Positions 1 to 6,515 of a DNA stretch of 44,206 nucleotides are shown piece after piece. This DNA is from a virus. The DNA lies in IMG/VR virus record IMGVR_UViG_3300009826_000008, positions 1-44,206 of that record; one strand, given 5' to 3'. The first letter of the stretch is position 1. Each line of letters begins with the position of its first letter. Under the pieces are notes generated by a model. It saw nothing but the letters and a program-made list of their open reading frames with translations, did no database searches and was not told the DNA's origin. The translations under genes and the position numbers were made by a program.

Positions 1-123
1 GCTCAGTCCCAGCAACTGATACCAGAAAAGTAGTAGATACATCTAGAGCTAGTGATTTATTTGATACTAGTATAGTACCAGTTGTAGAGCGCGTGTATGG
101 TCAGACGTGTGCAGTCTTGCGCA
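1..123. repeat. Terminal direct repeat, left copy (identical to 44084..44206)
   Basis: Compared base by base. 1..123 (gctcagtcccagcaactg...gcagtcttgcgca) equals the last 123 bases of the window. Confidence 0.97.
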
Positions 124-533
124 GAAACAATACTCACATAGTATCAATTAAATGCTACATGGTAAATGCTACTGTCGTGATGCCAAATAAGTTCTTGGCT
201 ATGAAAATGGGACAATACTTGTCACTTCTCAATTCTGTATCTCAGCAAGTAAATGAGATGAATGAGGTCACATTCAATACTGCAACATACAGAATTAAGA
301 CCGATTTGGTCACATTAGCAGAGCTGGCTAAAAGTGTGATTGATTATGTACCAAGTGCGGTAGCCACTCGTCACAAAAACCTTATAAATGATACTAAGGC
401 AATCGCAAATGCTGGTCATGGTAAATGGGATAGCCGTAGTCGCAAATTGGCTAATGGTGCAAGAATTGTGACAAAGAAAGTCACATTAAAAAGTGGTAGA
501 AAAGAGTACAGACAATTCTTGCGCAGCGCGTAG
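1..533 (+). CDS. Hypothetical early protein, 3' part of the junction-spanning gene that starts at 43936
   Basis: Same frame as track ORF 93..533 and open from base 3. It is followed by two intrinsic terminators. No family was recognised. Confidence 0.6.
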   Translation, partial: SVPATDTRKVVDTSRASDLFDTSIVPVVERVYGQTCAVLRRNNTHIVSIKCYMVNATVVMPNKFLAMKMGQYLSLLNSVSQQVNEMNEVTFNTATYRIKTDLVTLAELAKSVIDYVPSAVATRHKNLINDTKAIANAGHGKWDSRSRKLANGARIVTKKVTLKSGRKEYRQFLRSA

Positions 534-556
534 AATTGTAGCAAATATTACAAGAA

Positions 557-596
557 GAGGGCTACCTTCTGGGTAGCTCTTTTTTTGTGTACTTAC
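557..596 (+). terminator. Rho-independent terminator after the first early gene
   Basis: Stem gctacc/ggtagc, extendable by flanking pairs, is followed by a T7 run (ctctttttttgtg). Confidence 0.7.
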
Positions 597-608
597 TTGT
601 ACTTAAAT

Positions 609-650
609 CCATTCTAAGGCATGTGAGAGCCTTCAGAATGGACGTTTTTA
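609..650 (+). terminator. Second tandem hairpin/terminator
   Basis: ccattctaaggc (609..620) pairs with gccttcagaatgg (629..641) with one bulge, followed by acgttttta. Confidence 0.5.
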
Positions 651-745
651 CAAAATAGGTATATTAGGTAGGGTATTATGATTGTGACTGTTACAGGGGC
701 TTAGAATGGCTTATAAAAAAATATAAAAAAGTTTTAAAAAAGGGT

Positions 746-775
746 TTGCACTGATAATCCACTAGCGATTATCAT
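746..775 (+). promoter_or_regulatory. Candidate sigma70/sigmaA-type promoter overlapped by an 8-bp inverted repeat (possible operator)
   Basis: TTGCAC (746..751), an 18-nt spacer, then TATCAT (770..775). The inverted repeat tgataatc (752..759) / gattatca (767..774) sits inside the spacer. Confidence 0.3.
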
Positions 776-779
776 AGTA

Positions 780-1345
780 ATCAGGAAATAGAAATAAAGC
801 ACGAATCAGGCGTAACTCACGCAGAAGGACAGCATCCGATAAGCGAGGATTGAAGCCTCCGCCAGAGCGCAAGGGGATGACCGAATGTTCGCGGGAAGCA
901 CGCGTATAGACTAGATGCGCAAAATATAGCCCGCAGTGTGTCGCAGGACTTGATTTGTGAGATAGTGGGAATAATCATGGGAATACCTGTGTACCATTAA
1001 CTGCAACTATCTATTAGCTTAGGGACAAGAGTGCTTTGCCATTGTCCTACAGAATGGTAACAATTTTATGCGGGATACTATAGGATTGAAGTATCGTGCG
1101 AGCGGTGCTAGTTGTGGTGACTGGTGCGTCTAGTTCGCATGCTGGGTCGGTGTGGAAACTATAGTGCGAAGTATAATCTAAATCAACAATATGGTTACGG
1201 TTACTACAATCGTAACCTTTTCATTGCCCAAGAGGGTATGATTGTCTGGTGCGCCTTGTCTAACCAATAAGGTCAACAGCTAAGTGCTAGTCGGTGACGA
1301 CTGGCAACAATACCCCCTTGGGCAATATTAAACAAGCTATTATAT
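780..1345 (+). ncRNA. Candidate large structured non-coding RNA or structured leader (boundaries approximate)
   Basis: No ORF of 60 aa or more on either strand across 534..1390, with stops in all frames. Nested helices found by eye:
- 843-848/857-863
- 960-966/1006-1012
- 1023-1028/1042-1047
- 1074-1078/1091-1095
- 1096-1102/1134-1140
- 1193-1199/1211-1217
- 1224-1238/1311-1325 (14 of 15 bp), which encloses 1287-1293/1298-1304 capped by a GUGA tetraloop. Confidence 0.35.
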
Positions 1346-1390
1346 AGTGGATACCTGTATGTATTATAGACTCAATGGGAGGGATATATC

Positions 1391-1576
1391 ATGGCTAAAT
1401 TGACAATTAAAAACAGCCGTCAGGCTGAAAAGTGTGAAGCGTGTGGGAATGGTAAAGTCTTTGGTGTAGTTAAAGCTTACGTTGTGCCTCAGAATGGTGC
1501 TAAGTTTGCTGGTACGGAAAAAGTGAAAGCATGTAAGGCTTGCTATACTAAGGTAGCAAAGGCTCTGGGTGCTTAG
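1391..1576 (+). CDS. Small zinc-ribbon protein (CxxC...CxxC), hypothetical
   Basis: GGGAGG RBS lies 7 nt upstream of the ATG. 61 aa with CEAC and CKAC pairs. Confidence 0.7.
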   Translation: MAKLTIKNSRQAEKCEACGNGKVFGVVKAYVVPQNGAKFAGTEKVKACKACYTKVAKALGA

Positions 1577-1577
1577 T

Positions 1578-1667
1578 ATGAATAAATTATGTTGGGATTG
1601 TGGTGACGATAGTGGTATTCGTTTTCATCACTTTGGTGAGTGTCATTGGTGTGGTGCCTATGTTTAA
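1578..1667 (+). CDS. 29-aa mini zinc-ribbon ORF (MNKLCWDCGDDSGIRFHHFGECHWCGAYV)
   Basis: The ATG lies 1 nt after the previous stop. It has two CxxC pairs. It falls below the ORF-track length cutoff and was translated by hand. Confidence 0.4.
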   Translation: MNKLCWDCGDDSGIRFHHFGECHWCGAYV

Positions 1668-1736
1668 AAATGAGTGCAGTGGAAAATGTGGCGACTGCAA
1701 AGGTTGCCAATGCAGAACATATTAAGGGGAATATTT

Positions 1737-2054
1737 ATGAGTAAGCCGAAAACACTATCAATTGACGGTGTAGATTATATACGTGAAGACAGTGTCCAAG
1801 GTTTGAGCCCGATTGAGACTAGCCATATCATTGTGATTGCGCAGCGCGGATTTATTTTCATAGGACATCAAAATCTTGGTGTTTCGGATAAAGTGCAATT
1901 GCTTAATGCTTCTATCGTGAGAAAATGGACAAATGGAAGGGGTATTGGTGGACTGGTTAAAGAAGCTCATAAAGATGAGTACACTCTAGACCCCGTTGGG
2001 CAAGTTGAGTTCTCGCCCGAAGGAATAATAGCTACACTTAAAGTAGAGTACTAA
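1737..2054 (+). CDS. Hypothetical protein (105 aa from MSKPKTL)
   Basis: ATG at 1737 is in frame with track ORF 1674..2054 and is preceded by AAGGGGA. Confidence 0.65.
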   Translation: MSKPKTLSIDGVDYIREDSVQGLSPIETSHIIVIAQRGFIFIGHQNLGVSDKVQLLNASIVRKWTNGRGIGGLVKEAHKDEYTLDPVGQVEFSPEGIIATLKVEY

Positions 2055-2055
2055 T

Positions 2056-2289
2056 ATGAGAAGTGTGAATAATGCGGACTGCGTCAGACCAATGATACTT
2101 GGAAACATTCATCGAGATGGTGGCAATGGCAATGGCTATGGCAATGGCTATGGCTATGGCAATGGCTATGGCGATGGCGATGGCTATGGCGATGGCTATG
2201 GCGATGGCTATGGCGATGGCTATGGCTATGGCTATGGCTATGGCAATGGCAATGGCTATGTTCGTGCTGCCATAATTGGCACTCTTTAG
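2056..2289 (+). CDS. Glycine-dipeptide repeat protein, (G-[Y/N/D])x23 core
   Basis: The ATG lies 1 nt after the upstream stop. 46 of 77 residues are GY/GN/GD dipeptides encoded by a hexanucleotide repeat. Confidence 0.5.
   Translation: MRSVNNADCVRPMILGNIHRDGGNGNGYGNGYGYGNGYGDGDGYGDGYGDGYGDGYGYGYGYGNGNGYVRAAIIGTL
2122..2259. repeat. Tandem hexanucleotide repeat GGC-(T/A/G)AT x23 (138 bp)
   Basis: Counted 23 consecutive units of ggctat/ggcaat/ggcgat with no interruption. Confidence 0.97.
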
Positions 2290-2342
2290 CAGAATAGAGC
2301 GGGTATTCACTGTATAGTAGCTTACGTTATGCACTCCTCAGG

Positions 2343-2439
2343 GCTACGGGTAAGCCCGTAGCGGGGACTTTCTTGCGGGGCAGTGGTGGTAGTTTTCCTC
2401 CTTTGATTACCACCACTGTTTACATTGCAGCAAAAGGAG
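2343..2439 (+). other. Structured leader upstream of the tRNA-like gene: two strong hairpins plus possible pseudoknot
   Basis: Hairpin 1 is gctacggg-taag-cccgtagc (2343..2362). Hairpin 2 is an 11-bp perfect stem, cagtggtggta/taccaccactg (2381..2418). The hairpin 2 loop contains CCTCCTTT. Loop segment ctccttt (2398..2404) is complementary to aaaggag (2433..2439). Confidence 0.5.
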
Positions 2440-2453
2440 TATAACAGTAACAA

Positions 2454-2528
2454 CGCAGGGTGGTCTAGGTTTAGGACGACCATCTTCTCCGATGGTAAGT
2501 GCAGGTTCAAATCCTGCCCCTGCGTCCA
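2454..2528 (+). tRNA. tRNA-like gene with encoded CCA and a non-canonical anticodon arm (UCU/Arg-like at best)
   Basis: Canonical parts:
- A perfect 7-bp acceptor, cgcaggg/ccctgcg.
- U8, and a D arm gtct-aggttta-ggac with GG in the loop.
- A T arm gcagg-TTCAAAT-cctgc.
- Discriminator T followed by CCA.

The anticodon arm accatc-ttctcc-gatggt folds as either 6 bp with a 6-nt loop or 5 bp with an 8-nt loop (cttctccg). Confidence 0.55.
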
Positions 2529-2562
2529 TCAATCTTTAACAATGTAGGGGGGTGTAATAATA

Positions 2563-2787
2563 ATGAGCACATCACACAGAGCTCTATACCTTTTTCTGCA
2601 AGACTATACGAATATTGACGGCTTCGTAATTCTTGAATATGACGATAAGGATTATTTGATGACATCAGTTTTTGAGCGTGTTGATGGTCAGTTTATATTT
2701 CAAGACTCAATGACCAGTGACGCAAGTCTGCCAGTCGCAGCAAAGTATTGTGATGAATTGAAAATATGGAGGGCTAGTTATGAATAA
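2563..2787 (+). CDS. Hypothetical protein (74 aa)
   Basis: A G-rich RBS (tagggggg) lies upstream of the ATG. The end overlaps the next gene, a pattern typical of coupled phage genes. Confidence 0.65.
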   Translation: MSTSHRALYLFLQDYTNIDGFVILEYDDKDYLMTSVFERVDGQFIFQDSMTSDASLPVAAKYCDELKIWRASYE

Positions 2788-3061
2788 TAAACACAGCAAG
2801 ACAGTACCCATAATTGTTAAGGTTAGCAAAACAGAGAACATTAGGTGTGAACGATGTTGGAGGCATGATGAGACAGTTGCTGCATACTGTTGTTTTCCAG
2901 AGGTATGCAGCAGGTGCGCACATGTTCTTCGCGGACTAGTTTTGAGAGAAGGTGGCTCTACAGAACAACAAGATGCAGCAATAGATTGTCACAAGAGCAA
3001 CAATGCTTGTGACATATACGATAGCAAGTACTGCATCAATAAGTGGTTCACGGTGGAATAA
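2780..3061 (+). CDS. Cys-rich hypothetical protein (93 aa)
   Basis: 8-nt overlap with the upstream gene. Contains a CERC...CSRC motif. Confidence 0.65.
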   Translation: MNNKHSKTVPIIVKVSKTENIRCERCWRHDETVAAYCCFPEVCSRCAHVLRGLVLREGGSTEQQDAAIDCHKSNNACDIYDSKYCINKWFTVE

Positions 3062-3064
3062 ATT

Positions 3065-3541
3065 ATGCAGATTTCAAAAGGAAAGCGACTAATAGGCGAA
3101 CTTGAGCGTGCTTTTGCTAAATACAACGGACATAGAGAGGCAGACGAACGTATCAGCTCAGCCCTTCGCGATATTGAAGAAGCTATTGACCGAGTTGGAC
3201 AGATGAGCGCATCCGTCTACACTATCGCGCACCAGAAAGAGAGCGATGAGTGGGGAATCATGAGTCAATCAGAAGGGCACAGATTAGCACTCAAGCTCAT
3301 GAATGTGTCAAGGGCTTCAATGCTTCTTGGTGGTGTAGAACAAGAGCTAATCGATGAGTCATACAACGCAGTAGTAGAAGCCATAGACGGTGAGACGTGT
3401 GAGCGAGTTCGTGACCACGACAGCGACAGTTATGAGTTTTTTTATATCTGCTCACAGTGCAAATATCGCAGTTTATGTGACACTCACAACTACTGCCCTA
3501 GATGTGGATCTCAGATAGTAGGTGATAGTGATGATGCTTAA
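3065..3541 (+). CDS. Zinc-ribbon protein; the C-terminal 93 aa is a paralog of 8974..9291
   Basis: From internal M66, MSQSEGHRLA...AVVEAIDGETCE...C(P/A)xCGxxIVGDxDD aligns with ORF 8974..9291. The two share a 38-nt exact repeat, and this gene also shares a 24-nt exact repeat with dnaB. Confidence 0.75.
   Translation: MQISKGKRLIGELERAFAKYNGHREADERISSALRDIEEAIDRVGQMSASVYTIAHQKESDEWGIMSQSEGHRLALKLMNVSRASMLLGGVEQELIDESYNAVVEAIDGETCERVRDHDSDSYEFFYICSQCKYRSLCDTHNYCPRCGSQIVGDSDDA
3186..3209. repeat. 24-nt exact repeat shared with dnaB (13991..14014)
   Basis: ttgaccgagttggacagatgagcg occurs at both sites. Both copies are in frame and encode DRVGQMS. Confidence 0.95.
3367..3404. repeat. 38-nt exact repeat shared with 9096..9133
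   Basis: cgcagtagtagaagccatagacggtgagacgtgtgagc is identical at both sites, and the flanking bases differ. Confidence 0.95.
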
Positions 3542-3651
3542 ATACTTTAAGCAAAAAAGATGCAGACATAACGATGAGTCTTGGGCGCACAACGGGGTTA
3601 GATGGATATACACATGCAATAAGTGTGGCAATATCAGAAGAGGATAACAGC

Positions 3652-4968
3652 ATGGCTAAAGGACACTATAGTTTAAGTAAATCCCAGATAAATCGAGTGA
3701 AGGACGAGCTTGAACACTTTTTCTGGCATGAATGCGACATGGAAAAAGAGAGCCTATACCTTGATAATATGCTAGGTGTCTGGATGCGGAATAAGCAGCA
3801 CTTATTTAACGCTCTCTCGCAATCAGAGCACTGGGATAACGAAAAGTTAGCATTGGTGGGTGAGTCAGAATACACCTTTAACCTTGAAGATTATAGTGAG
3901 CTGAAAACAATCGCAAACCTCTTTATAGTGGGCATAGATCGTGAAATTTTGACGGCATTAAGCACTGGCAAGAACATCGTTGGTCAAATTCTCTTTGATT
4001 ATCTGATGAATCTTGGACTTGAATGTCTTGGTGACGCTGTTGCCCGTAAACTATCGCCAGACATGAAGCTCAGCAAGCTAATAAGGTTGTTATATGAAAA
4101 TAATATAGGCGTGTGTCCTTCTTTACATGTGGGCACTAAAGTCTTTGACGGGCTATTAAGTTCTGGATTTCAGAAGCTGAGCGATAATCAGAAAGCGCGG
4201 GGATATCTTCTGCTGTCCCTGCATCCATACTGTTATTTGACAATGAGCGATGGCAGTCACTGGGACAGCTGTTACCAAGTGTCAAGGGATGCTGATTACA
4301 GCAATGGCGCATTCAATGCTATGCAGGACAATGTATCAATGATTGGCTATACAACGAATGATAAAAACCGAATGATAAAAACATCCAGAACCTGTGTTGT
4401 ATCTGGCGATGGTGTTAACTTTGCGGCATATCATAGTTATCCAGAAATTAGTACAAGAGATAAACTCAGGAGGCTAGTAACAACATTTGCGGACGTTTTA
4501 CCGCAGACCATTCATAGTGGATATCGCTCTAAAGTGACAATGAATACGACAAACACTCAAACATCGGAACATTCGAGTCATTACGATTACTCAGACCGTA
4601 GGATGATTGTTGCAGTAAGTGATAGTGTCAAAAATGGCATAGTTAACGAGCGATGGAATGTTAAAAATCAAGATGATACTTACTTTGGTGCTAAGGGTGG
4701 GCGACTGCTGAGCGGCAGAGGCTGGAAGCTAGAAAGAGAGCGTGCTGCCAATGAAGTATGCGCAAGGTGTAACAATGATGTAACTAATCAGAGAAAGAAG
4801 ATTAGGGGTCATTACAGCGGGGAATATAAGTGGTATTGTAACGATTGCTATGTGGTTCGCACGTCAGTGTGTTCGTTATGTGGTGAGATTGTTAATGACA
4901 GCATGACAAGAATCATAGACGGTACAGTGTATCATTACGTTTGCTATGGGAAACATATTGGGGGGTAG
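3652..4968 (+). CDS. Large hypothetical protein, paralog A of 6964..8274, with a C-terminal multi-CxxC zinc-finger region
   Basis: Start 3652 (GAAGAGGA RBS) is preferred over 3574 because it matches the N-terminal spacing of paralog B. Shared blocks are LGVWMRNKQHLF~LEVWWHNKQRLI and SLHPYCYLTMSDGSHWDSC..DYSNGA~SVNPVDFLTHAHGDRWGTC..DYNSGA. Confidence 0.75.
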   Translation: MAKGHYSLSKSQINRVKDELEHFFWHECDMEKESLYLDNMLGVWMRNKQHLFNALSQSEHWDNEKLALVGESEYTFNLEDYSELKTIANLFIVGIDREILTALSTGKNIVGQILFDYLMNLGLECLGDAVARKLSPDMKLSKLIRLLYENNIGVCPSLHVGTKVFDGLLSSGFQKLSDNQKARGYLLLSLHPYCYLTMSDGSHWDSCYQVSRDADYSNGAFNAMQDNVSMIGYTTNDKNRMIKTSRTCVVSGDGVNFAAYHSYPEISTRDKLRRLVTTFADVLPQTIHSGYRSKVTMNTTNTQTSEHSSHYDYSDRRMIVAVSDSVKNGIVNERWNVKNQDDTYFGAKGGRLLSGRGWKLERERAANEVCARCNNDVTNQRKKIRGHYSGEYKWYCNDCYVVRTSVCSLCGEIVNDSMTRIIDGTVYHYVCYGKHIGG

Positions 4969-4970
4969 CA

Positions 4971-6455
4971 ATGGGTGTGTTGACTTATAATGCAAGCACA
5001 AAAGACTATCGTGGGAATTGCATACGCTGCAACTGCGACATAAGGCACTACACTTATCTAAAAGACGCAGAATGTGAAACATGCTTTGAAAAGGATTGGG
5101 TATCGTGTCGACATTGTGGAAAATATTACGAAGAAGGCAAGATAGATGAAGTGTGTGCCATTTGCATGGCAGAAGCATTAAGGCTTGCGAATGAACATGT
5201 TGACACGATATATCACATGACAATGGCAGGTGACTTCAGCAGCATGGAGCAGTGCTTAGAGTTACTGCTGGGAATGAGCGAGCCTGCAATGATGGCTATT
5301 CTCAGGGGATTGCTACCTAAATATGGTTACAATACACTAGAAGTGGGCAATGACTTCACCTTTGCAAGGGGCTATAAATCTAACTCTATGCTCGTTGCTC
5401 ACATTGACACAGTGTTTTCTAGGAAGCCAAAGCCAGAAGACATCATAAGGAATAAGTATCAATGGTACACATCTTTCGGGATTGGTGGTGATGATAGATG
5501 TGGAGTATTGATGAATCTATGGATTATCGCAGAGCATGTTAAGAATCATGGAAGTAGACCAGCTGTTTTGTTTACAGACCTTGAAGAGACGGGATGTGTT
5601 GGAGCTCTCGAGTTTGCTAGATGGATTGAGCGTCCAGAGAATAGTGATAAGTGGGATACTCCAGCCCACATGATTGAGTTTGATAGGCGAGGCTGTTCAG
5701 AGGCAGTATACTATGACTGTGCTAATGAAGCATTCACTAGGTGGGTCGAGGGTTTTGGGTGGGAAACGAAAAGTGGTAGCACATCAGATATCGTACATAT
5801 CGCAGAGCCTATGGGTTGTGCAGCTGTCAATATATCTGCATGCTACACTAACCAACACACAGTAAGCGAGAAAATATACACAAACTTTCTTTTCAAAAAC
5901 ATACAGACCGCACTAGAAATGACACTTGATGACCAAACATACTTTAAGTGGGTAGAGGCTGTTTCTAATGTATCACTACATTACAGAAATTACTCATCAA
6001 ACAGATGGAGTAAATACGGGCACAGCTATTTTGCCTCAAGCTGTGAAGAGGAAGAAGACAACAATAAAGCAACAGTTGACTACTTTGGCACAGATAAATG
6101 TTATTATGGTGTCAATGGTTCACATACTGTACCAGCCAAGCATTGTATGCATGGTGGTTGCCACATGAGGGACTGCATCCACTGGTGCAATAGTGGTAGT
6201 AAAAAAAAAGAGTCAAGCGAAGAAGGGGAAGATAGCTCAAGGCTGTTTGAGCTAGAGCATGATATATGCTTTACCTGTAATGGCGCAGGATGCATTGATT
6301 GCCACTTCGGATATGAAGAGTTAGAAGATACTCAATCAAGTGGATTTGACCCAGACGAATGTTTATCAATTGCAATGCAATCATTCGCTTGCAACCAGTG
6401 TGACAATAACAACTGTCCAGCAAATGACCATCACAATCATGAGACAGATTGCTAG
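4971..6455 (+). CDS. MH-clan (M28/M42/M20-like) co-catalytic zinc metallopeptidase flanked by Cys/His-rich domains
   Basis: ATG at 4971 follows GGGGGG. Metal-ligand-like motifs occur in the canonical order: VAHIDTV, GGDDRCG, DLEETGCVGA, YTNQHT. The N-terminus has CxxC pairs and the C-terminus is Cys/His-rich. Confidence 0.6.
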   Translation: MGVLTYNASTKDYRGNCIRCNCDIRHYTYLKDAECETCFEKDWVSCRHCGKYYEEGKIDEVCAICMAEALRLANEHVDTIYHMTMAGDFSSMEQCLELLLGMSEPAMMAILRGLLPKYGYNTLEVGNDFTFARGYKSNSMLVAHIDTVFSRKPKPEDIIRNKYQWYTSFGIGGDDRCGVLMNLWIIAEHVKNHGSRPAVLFTDLEETGCVGALEFARWIERPENSDKWDTPAHMIEFDRRGCSEAVYYDCANEAFTRWVEGFGWETKSGSTSDIVHIAEPMGCAAVNISACYTNQHTVSEKIYTNFLFKNIQTALEMTLDDQTYFKWVEAVSNVSLHYRNYSSNRWSKYGHSYFASSCEEEEDNNKATVDYFGTDKCYYGVNGSHTVPAKHCMHGGCHMRDCIHWCNSGSKKKESSEEGEDSSRLFELEHDICFTCNGAGCIDCHFGYEELEDTQSSGFDPDECLSIAMQSFACNQCDNNNCPANDHHNHETDC

Positions 6456-6473
6456 GTAGTGGATAAGTTGTTT

Positions 6474-6481
6474 TGTATAAT
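6474..6481 (+). promoter_or_regulatory. Extended -10 element TGTATAAT (candidate internal promoter)
   Basis: TGnTATAAT consensus in the 60-bp gap before gene 6516. No good -35 element. Confidence 0.3.
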
Positions 6482-6515
6482 AATAAGAGTGCAATACTGA
6501 AGAAGGGATGGATAT

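Noticed and set aside
100-112. 13-mer ggtcagacgtgtg shared with about 10441..10453
   Set aside because: Its length is within chance expectation, at tens of such matches per genome.
621-635. 15-mer atgtgagagccttca shared, in inverted orientation, with 26078..26092; both copies lie in terminator hairpins
   Set aside because: About one or two chance 15-mer matches are expected in a 44-kb self-comparison. It may reflect similar terminators, but the evidence is too weak to call a motif.
534-1390. Group I/II intron or retron interpretation of the ORF-free block
   Set aside because: The upstream gene ends with a stop and two terminators, and the downstream gene has its own RBS, so there are no exons to splice. 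No reverse transcriptase or domain-V-like motif was seen.
2122-2259. Possible CRISPR-like or iteron array
   Set aside because: The unit is only 6 nt with no spacers. It lies in frame inside an ORF, so it is a coding microsatellite.
2038-2334. 98-aa minus-strand ORF encoding (Ala-Ile)n
   Set aside because: It is the antisense shadow of the hexanucleotide repeat. It has no RBS, runs against the local transcription direction, and overlaps two plus-strand genes.
2322-2510. 62-aa minus-strand ORF
   Set aside because: It covers the two strong hairpins and most of the tRNA-like gene. The RNA structures explain the sequence better.
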